NCBI RefSeq assembly: GCF_009914755.1
Contig: NC_060928.1
DNA from: the human T2T-CHM13v2.0 reference genome, Homo sapiens
Direction: 5' to 3' (one strand)
DNA length: 64,000 nt
Shown: positions 13,772 through 27,260 of the stretch, in pieces
Numbering within the stretch: the stretch's first letter is position 1
Layout of the letters: each line of letters opens with the position of its first letter
Notes under the pieces: generated by a model
Told to the model about the DNA's origin: nothing
The model's input: the letters and a program-made list of their open reading frames with translations, nothing else
Databases searched by the model: none
Made by a program: the position numbers and the translations under genes

Positions 13772-14040
13772 GTCTAGGTACCATGGCTCATGCCTTTAAT
13801 CATGAGGCCAGGAGTTTGAGACCAGCCTGGGCAACATAGTGAGATCCTTGTCCCTTAAATTAAAAATGAAAAAAATTAGCCAGGTGTGGTGGCATGAGCC
13901 TGTGGTCCCAGCTACTTGGGAGGCTGAGATGGGAGGATTGCTTGAGCCAGGAGGTCAGCGCTGCAGTGAGCTATTATTGTGCCACCGCATTCTAGCCTGC
14001 ACAACTGACTGAGACTTATTATCTCAACAAAAAAAAAAAA
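13772..14040 (+). mobile_element. AluJ with an internal deletion in the left arm
   Basis: J diagnostics ggcaacatagtgaga and ggaggattgcttgagccaggagg; left arm jumps from taatc to tgaggccagg. Confidence 0.92.
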
Positions 14041-14350
14041 AGAAAGAAAGAAAAAGAAAGGAAAGAAAGAAAGAAAGAGAAAGATAAGGAAGGAAGGAGA
14101 AATAGGGAGGGAGGGTAAGGGAAGGAGGAAGGGAGGAAGGAGAGAAAGAGAAAGGAAAGAAAGAAAGGAAGGGAGGGAGGAAGGAAGGAGAAGGAGGGAG
14201 GGAAAGGGAGGGAGGGAGGGAGGAACCAAGGAAGGAAGGAAAGAAGGGAGGGAGGAAGGAAGGAGAAGGAGGGAGGGAAAGGGAGGGAGGGAGGGAGGGA
14301 GGAACCAAGGAAGGAAGGAAAGAAGGAAGGAAAGAAGGGAGGGAGGGAAA
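14041..14350. repeat. Polypurine (GAAA/GGAA/GGGA) low-complexity tract, about 310 bp
   Basis: Almost pure A/G; continuous with the Alu poly-A. Confidence 0.97.
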
Positions 14351-14654
14351 TAAAAGATGGCCAAGCCTTTGTTTCCCCAGAGAAACTAGAAATCTGGATT
14401 TTATGTGGAATTAATTGACAAATAATACAAAATTTGTATTGTAAAAATAAAATACTGTCAGTCCAATTCTAACTGGTTTGCAAACTTTGGTAGATTTTTG
14501 CAAATAACTTTAGTAGATGTTTGCAGATAAAATATAAAATCTGCTCTATCCAGCCCTAAAGGGGAAGCAGACAGACACACAAATAATAAACACAAGAAAA
14601 AATGTGATAAATATATGTGTCGAGATACACAGATCATTAAAGTTAAGGTATACA

Positions 14655-14815
14655 CAGAAGGAGAAATTACTTCAAATTAGGAATGATCTCATGAAAAGCA
14701 GGGTATTTGATCTGAGACTTTAAGAATAAACAAGATGTTGAAATGCAGATACAGAGGGAAAGGCAATTCCAGGTGGTTGAAGTAAATTTAGGATAGAGAT
14801 GTGGAGAGTGTTGGG
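14655..14815 (-). mobile_element. L2 fragment
   Basis: gtatttgatctgagactttaagaataa...ggcaattccaggtgg. Confidence 0.5.
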
Positions 14816-14882
14816 TGTAGTCACAATGAATTAAAAAGACCACTTTAACTAAAACTTTGGGGCAAAAGAAGTCAGAAGTGGA

Positions 14883-15013
14883 TGCCTGGTGTGGTGGCAG
14901 GCACCTGTAGTCCCAGCTACTCAGGAGCCTGAGGCAGGAGCATCTCTTGAGCCCAGGAGTTTGATTCCATCCTGGACAACATTGCCAGAAACCTGTCTTT
15001 CTGGAGGAAAAAA
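14883..15013 (+). mobile_element. Free left Alu monomer (FLAM_A-like)
   Basis: ggtggcaggcacctgtagtcccagctactcaggag...cttgagcccaggagtttga...cctggacaacattgccaga, single monomer with A tail. Confidence 0.85.
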
Positions 15014-15144
15014 AGGAGGTCAGACCATATGCCTATATCCGGGGCAGCCTGTGAGAAAACTCCCGGTGCCTTTTCTCACCCCTCCCCAATTCCCTGCCTC
15101 ACTCTGCTGGATTTTTGTCTCTCACCCGTCCCCTGATTCTCCTC

Positions 15145-15900
15145 CATCCAGCCTCCTATGGGTCTTCATAAGCATCTGCTTCTCTCTGCCCCTGCTGCCG
15201 TCATACAGCCTAAAGCTGCACCTGCAGCAGCCTCCTAAGAGTTCTGCTGTGCTCACACTTGCTCCACAGAGTTATTTGCAAATGAAAACCTGATCATATG
15301 AACATCCTTCCCCAAGAAAAAGCTTCAACAACCTACCTACCTTCATTGACTCAACGACTTTCCATTCCTATTAGGATGAAAACCCAAATCCTTTAACCTT
15401 CACGCAAAACCGTTACCACCACTCCACCCGCTCCAGTCTCCCCTGTGACCCGTCCACGTGCTGCTTGGGACTCTCCTCTTAAAGTGCAGACCACATTGGC
15501 CACCTCTACCTCCCTGCGGTGGAAGCCCCTTGCCTCAGGCTTCACTCTACTTGTAGTTCCCAGTCTCTCTAGCCTTCTCGCAGAGCCCCCATTCTTTTGC
15601 CTTCATTCAAGTGCCCACGGAAAGGTCATGTCCTCAGGGAAGAATTTCCTTGCAGAATCCGCAGACTAGCTCCTGTTCTGAGGTTCTGTTCAGAGTTTCT
15701 ATGTTCTCAACGTTCAACTGATCCTTAAAAACAAACGCCGTGTGTGCACTTTTGTGTGTGTGTGTGTGTGTGGTGTGTGTGTGTATCTCCCAACAAATCT
15801 GTTCCCTCCACCATGAGGGCTGAGAGGATAAATACCTCAGTGCACGTGTCACCCATTTGCAGCGGAACCTTAGCAAAGCTCTGCTATGGAATTTGATGGA
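15145..15900 (+). mobile_element. L2 LINE 3' region, containing a (TG)n at 15753-15784
   Basis: aaaacctgatcatatg, ttaggatgaaaacccaaatcctttaac, cttgcctcaggcttcactctacttgtagttcc. Confidence 0.65.
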
Positions 15901-16189
15901 ATATGGGGGCTTAATTCTGAAGCAATAAAGAGTTAGAAATTTCCATATTTAAACTTTTTCTCACCTTATTTCCTTTCTCTAATTTGTATTGATGACACGT
16001 ATATTGACATAAACTTTCTAATCCTGACTCTCTGCCTGTCCAGCTCTCCATCTGTGGAAGAATAGCCTAGTATCTTCTCATCTCTTTCCCCGTAAAATAA
16101 GGGTATTCCACCCGGATTCAGAGTCCCTCCCCTAAGCCATCCTCCGATATTTTCAGGTAACAGTGAACATTACAAACCTGCAGTATCAT

Positions 16190-16325
16190 TTTAGGGAAAT
16201 CATTCAGCCTTTTAAATCTTTATTTCCCTCATCCATAAAATAAGAACATTATAAATTAAATGTAATATGTATGTATAAAGAACTTGATAAAATACGTGGT
16301 CCGTAGTACTTAATCAATAATTCGC
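16190..16325 (+). mobile_element. MIR fragment
   Basis: gggaaatcattcagcct...tttccctcatccataaaataag...gtataaagaacttgataaaatacgtgg. Confidence 0.55.
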
Positions 16326-16562
16326 AGTTTGCTTTTTCCCTTTTCAGTTCAGCTTTCTGAGCCCAGAAATTCCTATACCTGCTCATGAATCCCATATGTC
16401 ATTGAAGCCCCAAGGAGCTGCGTTTACTGTAGTTACATCTGTCATCCCCACGCCTGTGTCTTGAGACAGACTGGATCTTAATTCTGCCCTTTATTTCCTC
16501 CTCGACTGTGCTACCTGTCTCTTGTACTTCTGGCTGTCCCCACCCCCGGCCTAAATACTACC

Positions 16563-16952
16563 TGCTGTGGTTGAACATTCAAATGTTTGTTCCCTTCAAA
16601 TCTCATGTTGAAATTTAATTGCCGTTGTGACAGTATTAAGATGTGAGAGCTTTAAGAGGTGATTGGGCCATGAATGCGCCACCTTCCTGGGTGGTTTCAT
16701 GCCTTTTAAAAAGGGCTTCTTGGCTCTTCCACCCTCCTGCCCTGTGAGGAACAGCATTCCTCCCCTTCGGGGCACACAGCCTTCAAGATGGCATCTCGGA
16801 AGAGGAGACTAGGCCCTCACCAGGCATCAGACCTGCCCGTGCCTTGATCTTGGAGTCCCTGGCCTCTAGAACTGTAAGAAATAAATGTCTGTCCTTAACA
16901 AATTACCCAGTTTCACGTGTTCTGTTATAGCAGCACAAAACAGACTAAGATA
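16563..16952 (+). mobile_element. MST (MSTD-like) MaLR solo LTR
   Basis: tgctgtggttgaa...ctcatgttgaaatttaattgcc...gccttgatcttggagtccctggcctctagaactgtaagaaataaat...gttatagcagcacaaaacagactaaga. Confidence 0.9.
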
Positions 16953-17427
16953 CCACGTAATAGGAGAATCCTTCAACTAGGGCCTTTGCTTCCATGGGCT
17001 CCTCAAACCCTATCCTTCCTCAGGGATGGATCATATTTGTAACTGATTCATTTTTGTGTAAAGTCTTATTTCAGGTCTTTCTCCATGGTTGAACTGTATC
17101 TGTCTCGCCCATCACTGTCAGGCACACAGTGTAGATACTCCATCAATTAGTCACTCTTAACTTTCATTCACCACAAATGCTCCTCCTTCACCAGGCCTTC
17201 TCCTGTTGCTGTTCTTTCTAGGAAGTTTCCCGTCTCAGATACCTGATATTTTTTCATTTATAATTCTACCATGGCATCTGTTCTTTTCTACCCTGCGTTG
17301 TAGTTATTTGAAAGCATGTATCTTTCCTCTTACTAGACAAATCGCAAATTCCTCAACAGGAGAGAGCACAACTTCTTCACCTTTCCATCACTTTGACTAT
17401 GTTTGAACAATAGCGTATCTTCCATAA

Positions 17428-17811
<384 letters not shown>

Positions 17812-19773
17812 AATCCTAGGAACATTTCTATCATATCTTCCAGTATAGGATTATTTTTCTTTCATAATCATCAAAAGAACATTATTGGGAATACTTCTAG
17901 ATGTCAAATTAGTATGTTCCCACCTAAATGGGAGTTAAAGTTACATGATGTGAAATTGTATGCTGAATTTAAATAATAATCAAGGTTGTAGTGAGTCCCT
18001 GTGGCTTCAGCCATTCAGTAGAAGGATATTCAGAAACTAGAGGAGAACTATATCCCATAATCCTCTAGGGGAAGTGACTCCATGAGACAAGGATGTATTT
18101 GTGGCTAACAAGATACAAAGGGCAGATTTTTCACTTCCTGATGTAAACAGTTTCAATCTAGGTGTAGCATTTCCCATGGGAGCTCCCTAAATATTTTAAC
18201 AAAAGGATGAGAACACTGAGGATAGAAAATCCACCACTGCCTTCCAGTGCCTAACCACAGATAAAAAATTGATTACACTTCTGTTGGTTTGAGAGGTTTC
18301 CAGATAACCATTTTTTATTTCTAAACTGCGGCTGGTCATTGAAATTGTAAGCGGATGTCATGCCACCTACATTGCAGCGAGGTACCATAGCAAAATCAAT
18401 ATGCTATATCTCTTCATTCACAGATGTTCATGGATTGGAGCATATAGATAATGAAGTTTATTTATTCGAGTAGACACTGCTGTCACTAAATAATGGGTCT
18501 CAAATAGGTTTTTGCTGCCAAATAGTTTGATGACATATGGCATTTTCAGATAGGTCATTATATTACTGATTGAGGAGCAGAGCAATATTTAAATAGGAAA
18601 AAAATTCTAGTAGAAGCATTCAGGTTGGGCAGCCTGGAGAAGGATACTTTCTGTAATCTATCTTTAAAAATAAAACCTCACTGGCAATCCGAGATGTCTA
18701 CCTATCTATTTTGTCTTGCATCTACAGCAAGGCACATGCTCGAAATACAGAAATTTATTTTCTTAAACAGCTAGATGCCTGCCTACATATTCCCTTCAAT
18801 TCATAAAGAAATTGCATGTGAAAATGGGATACAAGCCAGCGAGCAAGTGAGCAGCTCGGAAGTTGAATGTATATTGGTATGAAATTTGAAAACACACGTG
18901 GGTTGGCTCTAAAACACTTTTTTTCCACAAACCACAAAATGGAATTCTATTACGATCACATACTGGGTACACACAAGGAGGTATACTTGCTTCTCAGGGC
19001 TAAAGGGCATTCAACAGCTACAGGACAATACGTCCCATCATCTTTTTCACTAACAGGTGAAGGGTATTCTAGATGAGATGTGTTAACAATTGGACAAGGA
19101 AGTTCCTATTAGCATGTAAGCAATTTCTGTTTTGCAAGCGGGGGTACAAAAGCCACGCCAAATATTTGACATACACCGGAGAGAAAAATACTCAATCTGG
19201 AAGTTACTGTTGATGTGGCTGATAAAAACATCTTGACATTTGAGTCTTTTAACTGCCAGTTGATCACAGGAGTGGCTTCAATGATTAGTTCACTTGAAGA
19301 AGCTCACAAAGAAAGAAGTTAAAGAGAGCCACTTCCCATTCAGATGGGCTGGAAACAAACATATACTTATAAGGAAAGTGAGCATTTCTGTGGGGAATTT
19401 TGACCACAGGGTATTTATTCAAATTCAAAAAGGACCACTGCACAGCAGAGTGGAGTGAAGAACATAAATTTCGTTTTTAAAATATAATGGCTCTGGGGCT
19501 TTTTGACCATAGGCCATGAGTAACGTCAAGTATATTTTGAATTTTTTAGAGCCAATAAGTGCTTACATATAATTATCACAATTATCCACGGTTCGGGTGT
19601 TTGTATAAACAGGTGTCTCTGTTTGTGGCTCGTTGGTTCGATCGTGTATTGCCCTGACCTACTTACGGAGTTGGACATCCCTGATTCAACTTCATTATCC
19701 ACCAATTAGCTTCCTGTGCTACTATGCTGAAGAAAAGATCTTATTTTACCAATACACATTTCACTTATGAAGG

Positions 19774-20219
19774 TGTGGAAGGCCGAATGATGACCTGCAA
19801 AGTTGTCTGCGTCCTAATCCCCAGAATCTACAAATGTTACCTTGCACGGCAAAAGGTATTTAAATTAAGGATCCTGAGAAGGGAAGAGTCTCCTGGATTA
19901 TCTGGGCGGCCCACTGTAATCACAAGGGTCCTTATAAGCAGGAAGCAAGAACGCCCAAGGCAGCTCAGGTTATGTGAGAAGCAGAGACGATGTGGCCCTG
20001 ATCCCAGGAACGCAAGCAGCCTCTGGAATGGAGAAGAGGCAGGGAACACACTCTCCCCGGAGCCCCCAGAAGCCACTAGCCTCACTGGCACCTTCTTTTT
20101 TGCCCCTTAAAGCTCATTTTGGACTTCTCACCTCCAGAACTATAAGAGCGTACATTTGTGTTGTTTTAAGTCACTAAGCTTGTGATAATGTGTTATAGCA
20201 GCAATAAAAAACTAATGCA
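19774..20219 (+). mobile_element. MLT1D/C-like MaLR solo LTR
   Basis: tgtggaaggccgaatgatgacc...gtcctaatccccagaatc...cctggattatctgggcggcccactgtaatcacaagggtccttataag...gttatagcagcaataaaaaactaatgca. Confidence 0.9.
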
Positions 20220-20329
20220 AAGGTGGCTCGAGGTAAATAAATCATCTTCTCTCAGGGAAAAAAAAAGCAATGACAATTCATATGAAAAGTAACAAGCACG
20301 GGATCCAGGACTGTGCACTGTGGGAGAAA

Positions 20330-20560
20330 AGCAGCACTCTCTAAAGCCAAACACAAGGGACTTCAAAATTCCTTTTTGTACTTACCAGTTATTTGACCTT
20401 TAGCAAGTTACTTAACCTCTGAACCTCAGTGTCTGCAGCCATGAAGTGGGAAGAACAACGACAGCTGTGTACGATCCTCTGCAAAAGAAACAGGCAAGCA
20501 GGTTTCTGGAACCAGCAAATTATCTGAAACATCTGGCACCCAGTAAATAATGAACGAATC
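20330..20560 (+). mobile_element. MIR SINE
   Basis: tgacctttagcaagttacttaacctctgaacctcagt...tctggcacccagtaaat. Confidence 0.75.
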
Positions 20561-20677
20561 TGAGTCCCCTTTCCTCTCTGTTTTAAAAAATCTAAAATTA
20601 TTAGATTTCTCATTCGTAGCTCCTGAATTTCTGCTTGGGGGGTAGTGAGTGCAGTATGTTTCTGCTGTAATAGGTTT

Positions 20678-21040
20678 AGAATCAACAAATGTTTTTGTTG
20701 ACTATGTTATTCATACAAGACCCTGCACTTAGACTTTGAAAGATAAAACTGTCCTTGGAACCCTGTCCCTAAACACTACAGAGTATGGTCTGATGAGAGA
20801 TATATACATGTGCAATGAACAAAATGTAGACAGAAAAGAAGTGATGTAAACACGGATCCACAGGACAGAATTATGCCAGTGGCATTTGAAGTGGGCCTTG
20901 AAGAAGGGACGTTACTTCCTCAAGTCAGATTTGCTTGAGGAAGTCTTGGACTAAATGAACGGTATATGCAAAGCCAGGGACAGAGGCTGTTCAGGGAGCG
21001 GCAAGCGTTCCAGTGTGGTTGGATCTAAGGAGTGTGGGAA
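20678..21040 (-). mobile_element. L2 3' fragment
   Basis: atcaacaaatgttttgttgact-like tail; gtggcatttgaagtgggccttgaagaag; gtatatgcaaagccaggga. Confidence 0.6.
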
Positions 21041-21662
21041 GATGATGTAGCGTCCCAGCTTCCCTGGCCTGGGTGACTACATGGAAATATCAATATAGAG
21101 AGAGGCTGCTAGAGGAAAGATGAGTTATGAGGAAAGAGGGGATAGAAGAAAATGTGTCCAAATTTGGATGAGTTGATTTTGGGAGGCTGGCAGAAGCAGC
21201 ATATGGAGAGATGCAGTAAGCAGCGAGAAATTTGGAGTAGGTTGAATTATTTTGATTCAAGAGATATGTCTGCCAAGCCAAGTGTCCTTCCTATAAGCAT
21301 ATGAATATGCACTACAGAATATTTTAGAGGCAGCAGCCTTGAAAATTGAAAGGATCACTTGACAGGCTATTTTTCTACCCTAAGAATTGAATACCTCTCT
21401 TCCCAGTTATTCTTATTTATGTATCTTGTGAACATCTCACATATATTTACTGTTACTTTTGTTATATATACCTGGTTCAGACAGCATCCAAAAATCCATC
21501 ATGTATCTCTTCTCAATTATGGCCCACAGAAGTGGTAATTAAGCCTGTATCTTTCCAACACTGGTTCCAACACTTTGGCCAAAAAGTTATTTTGGCATAA
21601 ACTTATACAAGAGTTCTGAAAGCACTTTCAAAGTAAAGAAAATGCATTTTGAGTTAACTAGG

Positions 21663-22018
21663 TGTATTAGTCTATTCTCATGCTGCTAATAAAGTCATGC
21701 CTGAGACTGGGTAATTTATGAAGGAAAGAGGTTTAATGGACTCACAGTTCCACATGGCTGGGGAGGCCTCACAATCATGGCGGAAGACAAAGCATGAGCA
21801 AAAGGGCGTCTTACATGGTGGCAGCCAAGAGAGCTTGTGCAGGGGAACTCCTACTTATAAAACCATCAGATCTCATGAGACTCATTCACTACCACAAACA
21901 GAATGGGGGAAATCACCCACGTGATTCAATTACCTCCACCTGGCCCTGTCCTTGACACTTGGGGATTATTACAATTCCAGGTGAGATTTCGGTGGGGACA
22001 CAGAGCCAAACCACAACA
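21663..22018 (-). mobile_element. THE1 (B/C-like) MaLR solo LTR
   Basis: tgtattagtctattctcatgctgctaataaag...ggactcacagttccacatggctggggaggcctcacaatcatgg...ggggacacagagccaaacc; perfect 5-bp TSD ctagg at 21658-21662 and 22019-22023. Confidence 0.95.
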
Positions 22019-23160
22019 CTAGGCCTGCAGAATACCCTGGACTTCATTGCCGTGAATACTTAGACTGTGAATTACTTGTACATTCTTCGAAAACTAGATT
22101 GAGTGTGATTAAACGCAAATATTTAATGTTTAGGGCAAATATTGCCTTTTGATGATGGTTAATTTCTCTTTTCTTAAAAACCGTATCTGGCTGGAGTTAA
22201 CACATTTTTTTAATTTGTTTCTCTTTTCCTCTTCATTCTTGCCACTAGGAACTAAGAGGCCTAGGTCAAAATGACACAAATCTGGCCAAATATTTTGGCT
22301 CACTTAAAGTGTCCTGAAATTTTTTAGAGCTGGTGGCTTTCATTAAGCTTTGAGATATCATAATAACTGTAACAACGCTAACTAAACTTTGTTTTCTTTT
22401 CCAATATCCTCGAGTAACACTAACTAAACTTTTTTCCTCCTAATACCTTAGAGCATTTGTTGAGAATATCAGGTCATTGTTCTAAGGATGAGAAAACTAA
22501 CATGAATGAAATATTAGTTTTTCAGTTGCTGCTTTTAACTTTAGAAAAAAATTGGCTGATAATTTATGACTTTCTGATACTACTTCAATGCTTATAAAGG
22601 AAAAATTAGTTATGCTGATTATTTATAGAGAGTTCGACCCAAAGGGTCTTTTTAAAAGACAACTTTTGTGTATGTTTTTAAAAGCATCAGACTGAGAGGA
22701 TTCTAGGAGACAGTGACTGGACTTAAATATTTCACTTTCTGTGCACTCTGAGTGCCAATTTCTCTGCCTTTCCTACGTCCAGTAAATGCTGCGCTTGCAG
22801 ACACATGAGTATCATTAATATTTTTGGCTCGGAGGACAGCTGAGCTGGGGTCTTTGTCCAGAGTGGTCACATGAGAGGTTGGATACCACCCTGGGCATTC
22901 ACTGAGCATGGCTCAGAATTTCAGGGATCCAGAGGAATTTGGTTCACCCATGATCAGAGTCACAGTATACAAATGACTGAAAAATAGTCTTCCTGGCCCC
23001 AACAACCCAAGGAGAAGTCCTCTACTAGGGCTAAAACCCCTGTCTCCCGGGGAAAGGAGAAACTGAATATACCTGAGTTGGGGGGAATAGCTGCCTCCTG
23101 AGGCACCCAGCCAACCCACTATGGAAGAGAATGGTCTACCTTCCATCTCTTGAAGATAAC

Positions 23161-23393
23161 CTCTTAGTGTCTCCTTCAACATACCTTTACAAAATAGACT
23201 GGGTGGCTTACAAACAACAGAAATGTATTTTTCACAGTTCTGGATGCTGGCAAGTCCAAGATCAAGGCACTGGCAGATTCTGCAACTGGTGAGGCCCTGC
23301 TTCCTCATTGACATCTCACTGTCACCTCACACAATGGAAAAGGCAAGGGATCTCTTTGAGTTCTCTCTTGTAAGGGTAGCAATCCCATTCATG
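23161..23393 (-). mobile_element. MLT1A-like LTR fragment
   Basis: agactgggtggcttacaaacaacagaaatgtatttttcacagttctggatgctggcaagtccaagatcaaggcactggcagattc. Confidence 0.85.
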
Positions 23394-24746
23394 TTGTGGG
23401 GAGGGGTGGCACAGAGGAGTGGGGAAGAGAGTGGGAAGCCAAAGAAAATGATCAAACACAAACTGTTCAGGAAAGCAGAGCCCTTGGAAGAGCTAGACCA
23501 CAACTCTGAGCACTTAGGAATAATCTGGGCAGTTAACAATCAAGCACGTTGCCCAAAGCAACAACAAACAAAGCGTCAAGCACACAAGCATTGTAGGCCT
23601 TAAACATCTCCAATAGGTTGTTTGAGGAAGAGAAAGGCAGTGTTGAAATCTAAATTAGTGGACTTAAATAAAGGTGGTTTGTATCTTAAACCCAGATCCA
23701 GCATACACAAATGAAAACATGAAGAAAAAGTTAAGAGACCAGGAAGTAAGATCCAAAAGACTAAAATACCAGTAAGGGATAGTCCAGAAATGAGATGGAT
23801 TTCAATGTAAGAAAGAAATATTAACCACATTTTCAATGAAATCTGTAATTTGAGAATGGGGACAATGAGTTTCAGTGTCGCCTCTGAGGGAGGGGAGTGC
23901 AAAGAAGAAAATTCGGGGGAAAAGACAAAGTATTCCTCTGAGTCTCATCTTACGGAGGTAGAAGGAGAAAAGGGAAGTAGTCAGCATCTTGTTTTCAAAT
24001 AATAGTGGGTAAATATGTGTCTGAATAAGTGTTGGGAAAGGGAAAGCAAACTGCAAAGGAATAGAAAATTACAGAACTTTCAATTAATAAGAAAAAATGG
24101 GAGAAGAAAATAGTAGCTTAATGAAACATGAAAAACTAATGAAGAAGAAATATGTAGTGAAATATATACTACCATAAAGGAAAACAAAGGGAACAAAGTC
24201 AAGTATTTCAATGATTACACTATCTACGCATAAAAGAACTCATCCCATTAAAGGCTTTAGAGAAGGTTAAGAAACAAAATGGGGCCTTATGCTGCTTACA
24301 GAACAAGTATATAAAACAGCAATAAATTTGAAAATAAGGAAAAGGCAATGTGTACTAGACACATGTAAAACAAATCAACAAGGGCGATACTAATGGTATA
24401 TGGGTATGACTAGTGGACTTTAAGATGAAGAGCATTATAAAAAGATACAATATATTATATTATTATACAAAGTTTACAAACAAAAAATAGTAGCCATAAA
24501 CCAGTATGGACCAAAATCCTTAGCAAATTTTAAACAATTAAAAATGCAAGGAGAACTTAACAAAAACACAAACTTTGTGAGCATTTTCAATAAACCTCTT
24601 TCAAGATTGGACAGATTGGGTAGATGAAAAATAAGTAAGGACATAGAAGAGCTGGAAAATACAGTTAATAAACTTCACTGAATGGATACCTGCAGAGCCC
24701 CTCATAGGAAATAGACAAATTTTACAACACATATATTTTTAAATGC

Positions 24747-24771
24747 GTGTGTGTGTGTGTGTGTGTGTGTG
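24747..24771. repeat. (GT)n microsatellite
   Basis: Seen directly. Confidence 0.95.
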
Positions 24772-25305
24772 CATGCAACAATTACAAAAATCCATAGTTT
24801 ATTTGGGAGAGAAAAGCCTTAACACATTTTTTAAAGTAGAGATTTGACAGGCAACTTTTCCTGATCATAATCAAATGAAAATTATGAAATAATTTGCAAA
24901 GAGGTGACCTTCCCAAAACATCTAGGCCCTATTCCCATAGCAAACATTTGGGACTAGCAACATCCATAATCAGAGCAGAAGCAGAAGAGAGGGAGGGAGG
25001 AGGAACTTAATATATAAAGAACCAAAGTTCAAACATTTAGAAAGAACAAAAGTTCAAATAATACGAACCTAAGAGAGACTGGATAAAGATAAAAATTGGT
25101 GCTAATGAAATGAAAAACAAAAAGAGTAGAAAGTATAATTAAATCTGAAAAAGGCCTATAAAATAGATAAACCCCTCAAGAGCCTGATTTAGGAAAGGAG
25201 AAAAAGGAGAATACATCTATTCAAGGTTAGGAATAAAGGAAGTGTAACAAGAGATGCAAAAGAGATTGGTTTAAAATCATGTTAAAGAAATACAACATGC
25301 AGCTA

Positions 25306-25686
<381 letters not shown>

Positions 25687-26559
25687 CTAATAGGTCCCCC
25701 GAAATGTGGGAAACTTGAATATAGAAGATATTAGAAAAATATAGAGGTTAATTAAAATACAGTCCACATCTCCTTTGAAAGTCTTGATGGTGCTGCTGTA
25801 ACCAGTAGGAAGAGACCCTCCACTGATCACACAGCTGGGAGACCGAAGGCTGTCATTTTCCAAGAAATAAGCAGAGGGTGGGGGTTGCTTAGATGAGATT
25901 TTCAGGAACTCAGATTTAGAAAATCTAAATTAAAAATCAAATTGGTCTCATTAGAGCATTTTTGAATATATGTCTCATGGCCAAAAGTAAGTCTTCAGAA
26001 ACATTAAAACTGTGAAAAACAAACCTGTGAAAACCCAGCCTTTTCAGAGCTCTTTCTCAGAATAGCATGCTTTATATTGCTATTGGAATGAAAGAGCATC
26101 AATGTTCAGAGATTAAAATGTGTCTCAGTAAATGTGTTTCTAAAAACTTACGGGTAAATCAAAATTTGTTCATTCATATCTTTCCATTGATTTGCATGAT
26201 CACTGCAACTTTTTCTTTTGAGTTGGCAATGCCTGCTAACATTTTTGTTTCAAATTTCTCTCAGCCCCTGTGTTCATGTAGTTAATAAACTATAAGACGT
26301 TTCCACTCATAGTGGCCTCAGCAACCTGTGTCCTGTCTTCTCAATGTGGCTGATTGGTACCATCTTCAGAGACCCCATCTGAGTGCTCCATTCTGCCCAA
26401 CCTTCCAGTCTTTGAGGAGCAGGTAAACCCCTCACAGACAAACCAACAAAAATCAATCCTCATTCCTCTACTCATTTTCCATTTGCCACTTATCACACCT
26501 GACATTTTGCTTTTTAAAATCTTATTATTAAGAACTGGAGTCAAAGGAAAACTCTATCC

Positions 26560-26725
26560 CCTGCTGTCTTGACAGTCTTCAGTAATTTACTTAGGCTCCC
26601 TGAGCCCAGTTTTCACATCTATAAAATTATAAATAATAAAGCCTTCCTTTCGTCAGGTTATTATAAGGATCAAAGTTTAAAAGGAACAACATATATGAAA
26701 CTGGTTTGCAGACTGTAAATATGAC
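26560..26725 (+). mobile_element. MIR SINE
   Basis: tccctgagcccagttttcacatctataaaat...caggttattataaggatcaaa. Confidence 0.7.
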
Positions 26726-26729
26726 CACT

Positions 26730-27030
26730 GTACCTCCATCTGGCTTTCTTGAAGGCACCCACAACATTACATGTCTAAAAATGAAGTCATTATCTTCCCC
26801 CATCAACTGGGTCCTTTGCTGATTTCCTGTCTCAGTTGATAATGCCACCCATCTACTCTATTCATCCTTGGCTCCTCTTCTCCCTCCTATCTTCCCCATC
26901 CACTAGGCCAAGAAGTCTTGTAGATTCTAAGAAATATTTTGAAACTTGAATCACTTTTATGCATCGATAATGTCATTGCTTAAGTTATAGTCTTATCCTC
27001 TCTTGGCTAGATTATTGTCATAACTTGCCG
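26730..27030 (+). mobile_element. L2 fragment
   Basis: acatgtctaaaaatgaagtcattatcttcccc...ttcctgtctcagttgataatgccacccatc. Confidence 0.65.
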
Positions 27031-27084
27031 AATACTTTTTGGGGGACAAAAGTGAAAGTAACTAACATATATCTGGTAATATCA

Positions 27085-27260
27085 CTAATGCTCTTAATCA
27101 TCCTATGAGAGATAGTTTCTCATTTTATAGATAAGTAAACTGGGGCTGCAAAAGGTTAAGCATCTTGCCCAAGTTGCACGTGCAAAGTGTATGTCACAGT
27201 TGGCTTTGAACTCAGGACTCCACTCTAAATTCATGCTCCTTTCGCTATGCCATGCTGCAT
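27085..27260 (-). mobile_element. MIR SINE
   Basis: cattttatagataagtaaactggggctgcaaaaggttaagcatcttgcccaag...tttgaactcagg. Confidence 0.8.

Noticed and set aside
13912-14364. Longest ORF in the track (150 aa, P/S/L/F-rich)
   Set aside because: Translation of the pyrimidine strand of the GA tract plus antisense Alu; low-complexity artefact.
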